Of a stretch of DNA of 43,433 bases, positions 1-9,241 are shown one piece after another. The position numbers were made by a program, and so were the translations under genes. The number at the start of each line of letters is the position of its first letter. The first letter of the stretch is position 1. The stretch comes from Minisyncoccota bacterium (GTDB taxonomy: Bacteria > Patescibacteriota > Minisyncoccia > Minisyncoccales > UBA5738). The DNA lies in assembly GCA_025453415.1 (NCBI GenBank), contig JALOQL010000002.1, positions 1-43,433 of the forward strand, in the 5' to 3' direction. Under the pieces are notes generated by a model, which saw nothing but the letters and a program-made list of their open reading frames with translations, had not been told where the DNA came from and did no database searches.

Positions 1-1960
1 CTTCCTGGCGCAACGCGCCCGTGTGATACAGAACCGATTCCGTAACGGGATGTCCCGGAAAAATTGCTTCCGCTTTTTTGGCCCAGACATAAGCTTCATC
101 CATCCTCCCCTGATAGAAATACGCCTGGACCAACTCCAGATACGCCTGTTGGTTTTGCGGCCAAACGGCAACCATATCGTTCAAAATCGTTTCAACCAGG
201 GGGAATTTCGATTTGTCCACTATGGCCCAAGAATTGTAAAGACGGGCCAGGGCAAGGTAAGACTGGTAATCATATGCGGAATCACGGCAGCTTTTCATCA
301 GTTCTTCCGCCAGATACGAAAAAATCGAATTCGCCTGGTTGTTGGTAAGCTTTGACGATACGGTTTCCTCCCGCAAAGAATACAGCCACTGGCCCGAAAA
401 AAACATCCGATTCTGATAAATGCCCAGCGGCGACACCTCCAAGGCGTTACGGTAAGCGTCGATCTTTGCCGGAGAGTGATACGGCTCCCGGACCGCATCA
501 ATCACCTTTTTATCGGCAACAGTCGGGCTGATCACAAAAACGCTGAAACAAAGTACCGCCGCGATCAATGGAACGATCAGTTGCGCCGGTTTGAACGACA
601 GCGAAGCAATCCCCGCGCCTTCGACGCGCGAGCTTCCCAAAAACATGATAAATCCAAGGCTAATGTAAAGCATCACATAGCTGGCCACCATGTCGAACAC
701 CGTAAGGTTTTGGACGAAATACGCCGCGAAAAGCGCCGTAAAAACGCCCGCGGCGGCGAAATCGGCCCGCTTGGCAAAATACGCCTTCCAAAGCGTGAAA
801 ATCGCGGCGGCGAACAGTACAGCATACGCGACAAGGCCGACCATGCCGGTCTCGACCATAGTATCAAGAATAATATTGTGCGCCCGGTCATACCAGAGAT
901 CGTCGCCGCATTCCTGCGACCCCAAGCACGGATTGAAATGTTTTGCGAACGCATAACCGAAATTCTCCGGTCCCCATCCCAGCATCGGCCTTTCCAAAAA
1001 ACTTTGCCAAGCAATATCCCAAACCACAAGACGGCTGCCAATGGCGCCCTTGCCGAATTCGGTGATTGCCGTCCGGTAAACCGCGTTGTCTTTCTGAAAC
1101 ACAAACGCAGCCCCCATCAGTCCCGCGGCAACCGCCAAAGCCAGGGCCGCAAGAGTGAACCGGCGCACCTCATTTTTTGCCGAAACCAACAACCGCAACA
1201 CCCCCAGCAAAAGCAATCCTCCGACCAAGGAAAACTTGGCCGCCCGGGCGCCGTTACGGACAATATCGGAGAAAAACCCGGCGGGAAGAGCATCGGACGA
1301 TCCCTTAACGGCGAAGGTCAACAAATACGTGCTTTCGAAAACCAAACAAAAAGATATCGCCAAAAATGCGGCCGCAGAGAATATTTTTAACCAACGATAC
1401 TCACGCCAACCGTGCGAAAAGAAAAGGTACAGCGCGAAAAACGCGTTGAACAAAAGATAGGTTCCCAGGAACGAATCATTGCCGATAAACCCCCCGCCGC
1501 GCGCGTTTTTTAAAGGATTGAACACCGCGTCGATGCCGATATAAACGGCGGCGGCGGTACTGACGCCAAATATCCAAACCCAATTTTTCCGGTCCAAAAC
1601 CCGGGATGCGACAATCGCGAACGCCGCAAGGTGGAAAAACATTAAGATACCGCTCATCCTTTCGAATTTGGACCAAAAACTCGAGGAAAAATTCGCGCCG
1701 AACGCCCCGCTGACGGAGATTACCGCCAAAAACAGCAGCAATGCGATCAACAGCGGATTTTTGATGTCCGGCCGGTATTCCTTCCACCGCCACGCAAGCA
1801 CGGCCCACATAAAGAAAGCGATTTCGGCGCATGCCATGAAAAACAGCCCTTTTGGCCCGACGAACGGATAGTAAAAATTCATATTTACCGCAAAGGGAGC
1901 CAATACCGCGGCAAATAAAAAGATCCTGATCGCGGCAACTAAAAAATATTTGGAATTCAT
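1..1960 (-). CDS. O-antigen ligase / O-oligosaccharyltransferase-like polytopic membrane protein (Wzy_C domain) with helical, possibly TPR-like C-terminus; 3' end beyond window edge
   Basis: Missing from the ORF track because it has no stop in the window. Manual translation from ATG at 1960 gives MNSKYFLVAAIRIFLF..., many TM segments, and Wzy_C motifs SRLVVWDIAW..ERPMLGWGPENF and WYDRAHNIILDTMVETGMVG. The frame was open wherever checked down to base 2. Confidence 0.85.
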   Translation of the reverse strand, partial: MNSKYFLVAAIRIFLFAAVLAPFAVNMNFYYPFVGPKGLFFMACAEIAFFMWAVLAWRWKEYRPDIKNPLLIALLLFLAVISVSGAFGANFSSSFWSKFERMSGILMFFHLAAFAIVASRVLDRKNWVWIFGVSTAAAVYIGIDAVFNPLKNARGGGFIGNDSFLGTYLLFNAFFALYLFFSHGWREYRWLKIFSAAAFLAISFCLVFESTYLLTFAVKGSSDALPAGFFSDIVRNGARAAKFSLVGGLLLLGVLRLLVSAKNEVRRFTLAALALAVAAGLMGAAFVFQKDNAVYRTAITEFGKGAIGSRLVVWDIAWQSFLERPMLGWGPENFGYAFAKHFNPCLGSQECGDDLWYDRAHNIILDTMVETGMVGLVAYAVLFAAAIFTLWKAYFAKRADFAAAGVFTALFAAYFVQNLTVFDMVASYVMLYISLGFIMFLGSSRVEGAGIASLSFKPAQLIVPLIAAVLCFSVFVISPTVADKKVIDAVREPYHSPAKIDAYRNALEVSPLGIYQNRMFFSGQWLYSLREETVSSKLTNNQANSIFSYLAEELMKSCRDSAYDYQSYLALARLYNSWAIVDKSKFPLVETILNDMVAVWPQNQQAYLELVQAYFYQGRMDEAYVWAKKAEAIFPGHPVTESVLYHTGALRQE

Positions 1961-1983
1961 TTTTTTGTTTCAAAAAACCCGGC

Positions 1984-2733
1984 CTAGGGATTACGCCACC
2001 ATTGGATCGCGAATACGGCAAATATCCCGGCAAACAGGCCGGCAACAGCCGCCAGAAAAATTTTTAACCCCGGGCTTAAAGGCAGCTGCTCGATGGCGGA
2101 TGCCGGCTGGATGACGCGGGTGTATTTTATGGATGACAGCGCCAGCTGGGAACAATTTTCCGCCTCCTCCAGTCCTGAAATACCGGAATAACGATCCGCG
2201 CTTGCCGCAAAGGGAGCGGCGCCTGACTTTAATTTAGCCAGGTCTTCGCGGATCCTGGATAACCGGCCCTCGAAATATTGCCTTTCGCGGTCGGCGATCT
2301 GCCGGTGGTCTTCCTCGATTATGCGGCAGACTTCCGCCATATAATCCCTTGCCTTATCCGGGTCGGCCGAATTTACAGACAGAAAGATGACGTTGGTCCC
2401 CATCGGATTGGATGAAAATATCTTCACTGCGTTACCGCCGATATTTTTCCGAGCCTGGATGCCATAGATGTCCCTTTCGATCTTTTCTTTTATTTGAAGC
2501 GGCGGCTCGATCGATTGACTGCCGATACCGCTGCATGCATTGGCCATGGCGCCGATCTCGATCGCGGCGCTGATCTGATAATGCTTTGGCGACAATGCCG
2601 AATATGCCGCCGCGGCACCGACGGCCAAAACCATCGCAATGACGACGGCTCTTTTATTTCTCAAGACGGTCCGCACCAATTCTCGCAGGTCGATCTCCCC
2701 GTTTTCAATTGTTTTTGGTTGGCTTTCTTGCAT
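1984..2733 (-). CDS. wzz: Wzz/CapA-type polysaccharide chain-length determinant (co-polymerase)
   Basis: N-terminal EIDLRELVRTVLRNK plus TM, coiled-coil middle, C-terminal SP-x-LKIFLAAVAGLFAG TM. Confidence 0.8.
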   Translation of the reverse strand: MQESQPKTIENGEIDLRELVRTVLRNKRAVVIAMVLAVGAAAAYSALSPKHYQISAAIEIGAMANACSGIGSQSIEPPLQIKEKIERDIYGIQARKNIGGNAVKIFSSNPMGTNVIFLSVNSADPDKARDYMAEVCRIIEEDHRQIADRERQYFEGRLSRIREDLAKLKSGAAPFAASADRYSGISGLEEAENCSQLALSSIKYTRVIQPASAIEQLPLSPGLKIFLAAVAGLFAGIFAVFAIQWWRNP

Positions 2734-2739
2734 ATGTGT

Positions 2740-4584
2740 TCAGTAATTAGGCACCAGACGTTTTAAAGATTCTTTATAGCATGCTTCGTTATCGGCCGCT
2801 GCCGGCCCTTTTACCATCCTCTCCAGTTCCCGCTCCAATGATGAACTGTCCACCTCGGCAAGCCGGGCGACAAAGATCTTGTTGCTCGAAGTCGCCCGCG
2901 CGTTCTCCTGGGCGGTCAACAGCTCCTCGAAAAGCTTCTCTCCCGGCCGGATGCCGATATATACGATCGGGATGTCCTTGTCCGGCTCGAACCCCGATAA
3001 TTTTATCATTTCCTTGGCCAGGTCGAGGATCTTTATCGGCTGGCCCATATCCAGCACAAACACTTCCCCGCCGGCACCCATTGCCCCGGCCTGCATCACC
3101 AAAAGGCACGCCTCGGAAGTGAGCATGAAATAGCGCTTCATTTCCGGATGCGTCACCTCGACCGGCCCGCCCCGTTTGATCTGCGCCCGGAATATCGGGA
3201 TCACGCTGCCGCGACTTCCCAGGACATTGCCGAACCGCACCGAAACGAATCTGGTCTCACCCTTGCCGTTAAGGTACTGGCAAACCATTTCGCCGATCCT
3301 TTTGGTCGCACCCATCACCGATGTGGGATTGATCGCCTTGTCGGTGGAAATGAAGATGAAGTTGCGGGCGCCGTGCTCGATCGCGGCCTCGCCCACGTTC
3401 TTGGTGCCGAATATGTTGTTGCGCACCGCTTCACCCGAGTTGGCTTCCATCAAAGGTACGTGTTTGTAGGCCGCGGCATGGAAAACTATCTGCGGTTTAT
3501 ATTCTCGGAATATCTCAAAAATACGGCCGCGATTCTGGATGTCGGCAACCATGGGCGCGACGCTCAAACCGGGAAAAAATTTCTTGAGCTCGTTTTCCAT
3601 ATTGAAAACGCCGGTCTCGTCCTGGTCCAAAACCACCAGCTTTTCCGGATCGAACTTGGCCACTTGGCGGCACAGTTCGGAACCGATCGAGCCGGCGGCG
3701 CCCGTGATCATCACGGTCTTGCCCCGTATAAACCCGCCGATCATGGCCGTGTCCAAAGATACCTGGTCGCGTTCCAAAAGGTCCTCCACCTCCACCCGGC
3801 GCACGTTGGCCAGCGTGACGTTACCGTTCATGATCTCGGCCATCGGCGGCACGATCTTTATTTTGGAAATGCCGGCTTTCTTCCCAAGCCGCACCGCTTC
3901 TTTGATAAGCTTCGAACCGGACGCCAGGGTGATGATGATCTCCTCGACGCCGTAGCCCGAAACCACCTTGGGAATATCCTCCAGCCGCCCCAGAACCTTA
4001 ATATCGTGGATGATGCTCCCCTGCCGCGATTCGAGCGGATCGACAAAACCCACCGGATGGTAATGGCTGCTTGTCGCGCCGATGATACTGCGCAAAAGCT
4101 GCTCGCCCGTGTCGCCCGCGCCGACGATGAGTATCCGCGAACGGCCTTCGCTGGTCTTGGGCTTGAAAAGGTACAAATAGATCCTTTTGGCAAAACGCAA
4201 GGCGCCGCAAAAAACGAAGATGAAAAATGCCGCGATGAATATGGTCGAACGCGGAAACCCCGAAAACAGGCTAAAATTCTTAAAAACAAAAAGGAGCGCG
4301 ATCTGGGAAAGCAAAGCGATGCCCGTGGCGCGCGTGATCCCGATCAGTTCCTGGGTGCTCACGTAAGACCAGGAAAACGAATACAGGCGGTTCGCGACAA
4401 ACGACGGCAGATAAAATATCCATCCCAGCACCACCAACCGCAGGATGTTTTGGTAATATTGGCCGGGAATCTGGGCCTCGAAACGCACCATGAAGGCCAG
4501 CCAAACCGAAAGGGCGATCAGGATTGCATCGCAAACGAAAAAGAATATCTTTTTATTTTTCGCTAAAACGTTGATTATGCCCAT
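2740..4584 (-). CDS. pglF: Membrane-bound UDP-GlcNAc 4,6-dehydratase, PglF/CapD/WbpM family
   Basis: 4 N-terminal TMs, IVGAGDTG domain, VEDLLER, TGAAGSIGSELCRQ, HAAAYKHVP, STDKA, MGATKR, RFGNVLGSRGSV, GIRPGEKL. Confidence 0.93.
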   Translation of the reverse strand: MGIINVLAKNKKIFFFVCDAILIALSVWLAFMVRFEAQIPGQYYQNILRLVVLGWIFYLPSFVANRLYSFSWSYVSTQELIGITRATGIALLSQIALLFVFKNFSLFSGFPRSTIFIAAFFIFVFCGALRFAKRIYLYLFKPKTSEGRSRILIVGAGDTGEQLLRSIIGATSSHYHPVGFVDPLESRQGSIIHDIKVLGRLEDIPKVVSGYGVEEIIITLASGSKLIKEAVRLGKKAGISKIKIVPPMAEIMNGNVTLANVRRVEVEDLLERDQVSLDTAMIGGFIRGKTVMITGAAGSIGSELCRQVAKFDPEKLVVLDQDETGVFNMENELKKFFPGLSVAPMVADIQNRGRIFEIFREYKPQIVFHAAAYKHVPLMEANSGEAVRNNIFGTKNVGEAAIEHGARNFIFISTDKAINPTSVMGATKRIGEMVCQYLNGKGETRFVSVRFGNVLGSRGSVIPIFRAQIKRGGPVEVTHPEMKRYFMLTSEACLLVMQAGAMGAGGEVFVLDMGQPIKILDLAKEMIKLSGFEPDKDIPIVYIGIRPGEKLFEELLTAQENARATSSNKIFVARLAEVDSSSLERELERMVKGPAAADNEACYKESLKRLVPNY

Positions 4585-4607
4585 GGAAAGCCCCTCCTAC
4601 CCAAAAA

Positions 4608-5747
4608 TTATTTTTTAGCTTTTTTCGCCGGCGCGAAGAATTCCCTGACGCAGGCAATGACGTAATCGACTTCGGCGTCGGTAAGCTCCGGATAGATCGG
4701 CAAACGCACCAATTCCTTGGCGATGCGCTCGGTCACCGGCAAATCGAATTGCTCCAGCCCCAGACCCGGCAATTTGTGGTTGGGCGTGGTATCGCGGATC
4801 AGCAGCTCAACATTCTTGGACTGCATGAATTTCTTGAACTTCCAGATGTCGGGAACCTTGATGATGTATTCCTGGAAAATTTGCTGCGGCTGCTGCGTCG
4901 GCAATTCGATGGGCAGGTCTTTGAGCCCCTTCTCGTATTTCATGCCGATCGCCCGACGGCGGCGCAGCATCGCCGGATAGTATTTTATCTTGATGTTCAA
5001 TATCGCGGCCTGGATGTTGTCCAGCCGTGAATTGTAACCCCAATCCATTATTTTAGGCGCCTTGGGCTGGTGCCCCAGCAAGGCATTCTGCGTAATGTTC
5101 CAGTGGTTGCGCAAAAGCAGAAGTTTTTCATAGACCTTCCTGTCGTTGGTGATGATTCCGCCCGCGTCGCCCGCCCCACCCAAAGTCTTGGGGGAAATGA
5201 ACGAGAAACATCCGGTCGCGGCAAATGTCCCGGCTTGTTTTTTACCCAAATAAGCGCCCAGCGCCTGGCAGGCATCCTCAACCACCCACAAATTGTGTTT
5301 TTTGGCGATTGCCATGATCCGGGGCATATCGCAAACCTTGCCCGACAGATGCACCGGCACGATCCCCACGGTTTTTTCGGTAATGAGCCCCTCGAGCAGA
5401 TCGACGTTCATCAACGCGTCCTCGCCCACGTCAATCAATATCGGCTTGGCGCCCAAATGGACAATCTCCTCGATCGGCGCTAAAAACGTGTGCGACGGCA
5501 CGATCACCTCGTCGCCGGGCTTGATGCCCAGCGCCTTGTAGGAGATCTTCAAGGCATCGGTGCCGGAGTTGACGCCGACGGCGTATTTGGCGCCGCAAAA
5601 ATCAGCCAGGTTTTTCTCGAACTTGTCCACGTCCTCGCGCAAAACAAAATCCCCTTTCGAGAAGCATTTGTCCAAGGCCTTTAATATCTGGTCCTTATGG
5701 GCGGCGTAGTAACGGCGGTAACTGGAATTTATAAAATCAACCTTCAT
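4608..5747 (-). CDS. DegT/DnrJ/EryC1/StrS PLP-dependent sugar aminotransferase
   Basis: NSGTDAL, EDACQA, SFISPKTLGGAGDAG (PLP lysine), GYNSRLDNIQAA, RLPIYPEL. Confidence 0.93.
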   Translation of the reverse strand: MKVDFINSSYRRYYAAHKDQILKALDKCFSKGDFVLREDVDKFEKNLADFCGAKYAVGVNSGTDALKISYKALGIKPGDEVIVPSHTFLAPIEEIVHLGAKPILIDVGEDALMNVDLLEGLITEKTVGIVPVHLSGKVCDMPRIMAIAKKHNLWVVEDACQALGAYLGKKQAGTFAATGCFSFISPKTLGGAGDAGGIITNDRKVYEKLLLLRNHWNITQNALLGHQPKAPKIMDWGYNSRLDNIQAAILNIKIKYYPAMLRRRRAIGMKYEKGLKDLPIELPTQQPQQIFQEYIIKVPDIWKFKKFMQSKNVELLIRDTTPNHKLPGLGLEQFDLPVTERIAKELVRLPIYPELTDAEVDYVIACVREFFAPAKKAKK

Positions 5748-5778
5748 TTTTTTGTAGGTTATAATTGATTACACTTTG

Positions 5779-5784
5779 ATTATA
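5779..5784 (-). promoter_or_regulatory. Candidate sigma70 -10 box for the DegT-pglF-wzz-ligase unit
   Basis: Perfect TATAAT on the minus strand ~30 nt upstream of ATG 5747 in an AT-rich divergent intergenic region; no good -35. Confidence 0.45.
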
Positions 5785-5809
5785 AGCACAAAATTGATCA
5801 AAAAGAAAC

Positions 5810-5860
5810 TTGACAAAATTAAAAAATGACTGTATTTTCTTGCCAGCGAGCTTAAGGAGG
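5810..5860 (+). promoter_or_regulatory. Sigma70 promoter and Shine-Dalgarno of the 5868 gene
   Basis: TTGACA (5810-5815), 17-nt spacer, TATTTT (5833-5838); AAGGAGG (5854-5860) 7 nt before ATG 5868. Confidence 0.7.
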
Positions 5861-5867
5861 GCTCAAC

Positions 5868-6782
5868 ATGAAGATCTTTAAAACAAAATCATATTCAAAC
5901 CAAGGAACATCTCCGATTAAAGGTGTTCGCATTGTGGATTTAAGCCGAATATTTGGAGTGATTCAGGCCACAAATGAAGTATTTCTTCCTTCAATAGGAC
6001 CTAAAATCAGATATAATGGCCTCACTGGCGCAGAGCTGATGGCGGCGTCGATATTAAGAGATTTAGCCGGTTCGGAGCTTAGCTGCAAGAATATTGATCC
6101 AGTCGCAATACTGACCACGGTAAACCGCAAATTGCGGTCATTGTTACCCAATAAAGAAATGATCACACACACGCCTGCCTTTCTTCCTTACGCAAGATTC
6201 GCCCTGCTGTTTATTAGCGACAACGGCAAAGCCGAGGTCATTGCCGGAGGAGATTGTCAGGCGATTGCCCAAACTACGGAAGGAAAACTTCTTTGGACCG
6301 AAAACCAAGCTGGCCCCTACGATCTCGAGAATTATCGGATAATTGGCCTGCACATGGATGCACAAACAAAGAAATACGCCTCTGAAAATAAAATGGCGAT
6401 AGATGATCTCAAACGAGAAAACATCGAAAAAATCCGTGAAGCGATGTGGAAAAGATTTGCTCCGGAATTAGTTGATCGCCGCAACCGCGCAATCAACTCA
6501 ACTTTCGCTGCGCTCAACGGCAATCTTAGAATCACACAACGCTGGCAAAGATTGCCCTTAGGAAATCTGACCGATATTGAAAGAATTATCTGTTACACCG
6601 GGGGCTTTGTTAATATCGCAGCAACACAAAACATGAGAACCTTGGCGCACAAAATAATCAGCGATTACGATATGCACGGATTGAGATCGACCGTTCAAAC
6701 TGCCCAGAACATGTTCTCTCTCAATTGCCGCATGGCTCATATCACTAAACGTGAGGTTGGTGTAATGGTAATCGAGCCATGA
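5868..6782 (+). CDS. Hypothetical protein, probable PP2C/PPM-fold with degenerate metal-binding motifs
   Basis: Own promoter and RBS, fills the gap between convergent genes; motif order FGVIQA / AGGDC / ICYTGG / EVGVMVI parallels PP2C FGVxDG / GD(S/C) / LxSDG / DxxTxxv. Confidence 0.6.
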   Translation: MKIFKTKSYSNQGTSPIKGVRIVDLSRIFGVIQATNEVFLPSIGPKIRYNGLTGAELMAASILRDLAGSELSCKNIDPVAILTTVNRKLRSLLPNKEMITHTPAFLPYARFALLFISDNGKAEVIAGGDCQAIAQTTEGKLLWTENQAGPYDLENYRIIGLHMDAQTKKYASENKMAIDDLKRENIEKIREAMWKRFAPELVDRRNRAINSTFAALNGNLRITQRWQRLPLGNLTDIERIICYTGGFVNIAATQNMRTLAHKIISDYDMHGLRSTVQTAQNMFSLNCRMAHITKREVGVMVIEP

Positions 6783-6816
6783 AGCTCCGAAACTAACACT
6801 TTTTGAGCTTTTTCTA

Positions 6817-7692
6817 TTACATAAGGCCAAAATGCCGGAGAACTTCCAGGATGCCGTTTTGGTCCACGTGCGGGCCGATGAAATTACGTTCTTTGTCGCG
6901 CCTTGAGACATTTTCCAAAACCTGCGGCACCGCATTTTCCAGCGTGGCGCGATAGCCGCAAAGCTTCATGAATTCCCAATCGACAACGCCATCGCCCGCG
7001 CCCAGAACATTCTCGAACGGAATACCCATATCGCCAATCAATCGCTCCAAACCGGTGGCCTTTGATATGCCCGCGGGCCCGAAAAAACCATAATGATATC
7101 CTTCCAGGAATAAATTATTTCCCCACAGCAAATTCAACCGGCCGCTAAACCCTCGGTAAATCCTTTCCATCGCTTCTTTGGCGCCGCTTTCTTTTGACTC
7201 GCCGGAAACATACAAAACATTTTTGCCGCAAACCGCTTCGACCAGGGATTCGACCGCTTCCGGCGTGATCTGCACCGACGCGGACAATAATTGGTTTATT
7301 TTGTTCCCCGCCTGGTCTTCTTGGACAAAGTAGCTTTCGGGAGTGAAGAAATTGGTAACGATCCCCTCTTGTAGCAGCTGCTGCACCAATCGCGACGAGT
7401 CCTCCTGTGAAACCGTTTTACATTCAAAAATTTCCCCCGACAGCGGGTTCATCGTCAAGCTGCCCATGTCGCCGATATGAAAGTTATTCAAATTCGCTTC
7501 TTTGATGATTGCGGCATTCGTCGGCGCGTAAAACGGCCGGCCGGTGCACAAAATCACCGGGGTCCCGGATTCTTTAATATTTTTTAGCGCGGCGATTATC
7601 TCCGGGCAAGGATCGGGAAAATTTTTTCCGCCCTTGAACCCGACCAGGATTCCGTCAACGTCCAGGACCACCGCCCGTATTTCGGACTTCAT
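6817..7692 (-). CDS. HAD-superfamily phosphatase, Cof-like subfamily IIB
   Basis: VVLDVDG motif I, LCTGRP motif II, SKATGL lysine, GAGDGVVD motif IV. Confidence 0.88.
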   Translation of the reverse strand: MKSEIRAVVLDVDGILVGFKGGKNFPDPCPEIIAALKNIKESGTPVILCTGRPFYAPTNAAIIKEANLNNFHIGDMGSLTMNPLSGEIFECKTVSQEDSSRLVQQLLQEGIVTNFFTPESYFVQEDQAGNKINQLLSASVQITPEAVESLVEAVCGKNVLYVSGESKESGAKEAMERIYRGFSGRLNLLWGNNLFLEGYHYGFFGPAGISKATGLERLIGDMGIPFENVLGAGDGVVDWEFMKLCGYRATLENAVPQVLENVSRRDKERNFIGPHVDQNGILEVLRHFGLM

Positions 7693-8378
7693 GTTTTGGA
7701 AAAATAATTATTCAAAATCGCGGCCACCCGTTCCTTGAATTTCAGTTGATCGGTGATATTATTATCGACTTCCAAAGCGATCACTTCCCCGAATTCGCCT
7801 TTGGGCAATGACGATAAGTAATTGAAATCTTTCATGTCTTTGACGAAATGGACATCGTGATCGCCGATTTGGGAATAACCGCCCAAATGATTGCTGGAAA
7901 CTTTCGTGCCTTTGCGGGAGAGAATATAAAAAGCTTCGCCGGCGCCGCGGCTTATCGCCGCTTTCAAATGGGCCAGATCAACACAAAATCCGCCGATCTT
8001 TGAAACGTCGACATTCGCCGCGATCCGGTCGTCATAGTTCATTTCCAGGTATAATTTATCCCAATAACCCTGCCACCGGCTTAAAATATCAAAATTGCTT
8101 TCGTGAACATTGAAAAACTTCGTTTTGAATTTGTTGATGAAAAAATCGATTTCGGAGGCATCGGCATCGTGGCGCAAATGAACCAGCGGCACCGATTTGA
8201 TGCTTGATCTTAAAAGCGCGGCGTATAATTTATGCCGTTCGCCCCTTTCGAGCCTTTCTACGAAAACGGCGGCGGCGGCGATCCCCTGCCGGTTTATGTC
8301 GCGAACCTTGCGCCGCCAGCCGGAACCCTGCCCGGTGACGCTCACAAATATTCTTTGTTTAAAATCGATTTCTTCCAT
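7689..8378 (-). CDS. Hypothetical protein, probable xylose-isomerase/AP-endonuclease-like TIM barrel
   Basis: Start placed at ATG 8378 (MEEIDFK), just after the DMT stop; metal-ligand pattern LYLEMN...FCVDLAH...NHLGG...DHDVH...IALE. Confidence 0.6.
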   Translation of the reverse strand: MEEIDFKQRIFVSVTGQGSGWRRKVRDINRQGIAAAAVFVERLERGERHKLYAALLRSSIKSVPLVHLRHDADASEIDFFINKFKTKFFNVHESNFDILSRWQGYWDKLYLEMNYDDRIAANVDVSKIGGFCVDLAHLKAAISRGAGEAFYILSRKGTKVSSNHLGGYSQIGDHDVHFVKDMKDFNYLSSLPKGEFGEVIALEVDNNITDQLKFKERVAAILNNYFSKT

Positions 8379-8389
8379 GGCCGGATTGG

Positions 8390-9241
8390 TTAGATCATGA
8401 TTATTATCAACCCCGCGGTCACGCCCGCGATACCCAGGCTTTTCTTCCGCGTTAGCTCGTCGCCGAAAAGCTTGACCGCCAGCAAGCTGATGATGGCCAC
8501 ATTGGCAATATGGATCGCGTTGACATAGCCCATGTTGGGCGCGTGCGTGAAGGCGTTCCACATGAAAATGTTGCCGAATCCCGAAGCAACGCCCATCAGC
8601 AGGAGCGGTCCCGCCTGTTTTTTATGGTCCAGAATGTTAATTTTGCGCAACATGGTCTCAGCATAAAAAAACGATAGCGACAACAGCATCGACCAGAACA
8701 AAAATACCAGCTGGTTTATCCCCGCCAACGTCGCGTATTTCACCGTAATCGATAACGCCGCGTAGGCAAAAAACGCCCCGAAAGAATATTTGGCCCAATG
8801 CCGGCCCGTTGCCTTTCTTTTCCCTTTTTCATTAGCCAAGATCAATAATTGGCTCGCTAAAATAAGCGCCACGCCGGCAATCTTGGCCCACGAAAACTCC
8901 CCGCCAAAAAGGAAAATGGATGCGGCTAAAGTGATCACCACATAGCTTTTGACGATCGCGGTACTATAACCGGGATTCGGGGCGCGATTGAACCCCCGGA
9001 TGCTGGAAGCGTTGCCGGCATAAATGCAAACCGCGGCGAAAACAACCAAAAAATATGCTCCCGGCGCCGATGTTCCAATTCCGGTGGCCGCGCCCGCGAC
9101 GAGAAAAACCAAAACCGCCACCGCGTAAGTGGCGAAATTGATCACTGAAAACGGCACGCCCGCGCGCCAGGTGGTCTTGCCGAGAACCTGCGTCAAAACG
9201 AAAAACATCAGCGCTAGCAAACTCTCGACAACCCAATTCAT
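8390..9241 (-). CDS. EamA/DMT-superfamily transporter (two repeats, ~10 TM)
   Basis: Two hydrophobic halves containing APNPGY and APNMGY, ending LFGGEFSWAKIAG and LFGDELTRKKSLG. Confidence 0.85.
   Translation of the reverse strand: MNWVVESLLALMFFVLTQVLGKTTWRAGVPFSVINFATYAVAVLVFLVAGAATGIGTSAPGAYFLVVFAAVCIYAGNASSIRGFNRAPNPGYSTAIVKSYVVITLAASIFLFGGEFSWAKIAGVALILASQLLILANEKGKRKATGRHWAKYSFGAFFAYAALSITVKYATLAGINQLVFLFWSMLLSLSFFYAETMLRKINILDHKKQAGPLLLMGVASGFGNIFMWNAFTHAPNMGYVNAIHIANVAIISLLAVKLFGDELTRKKSLGIAGVTAGLIIIMI

Noticed and set aside
1476..2045. 189-aa minus-strand ORF
   Set aside because: It is an alternative frame overlapping wzz and the ligase-like gene that starts at 1960.
6780..6815. 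Bidirectional terminator between the convergent 5868 and HAD genes
   Set aside because: Only a ~6-bp stem (AAGCTC/GAGCTT) with a long loop; too weak to call.
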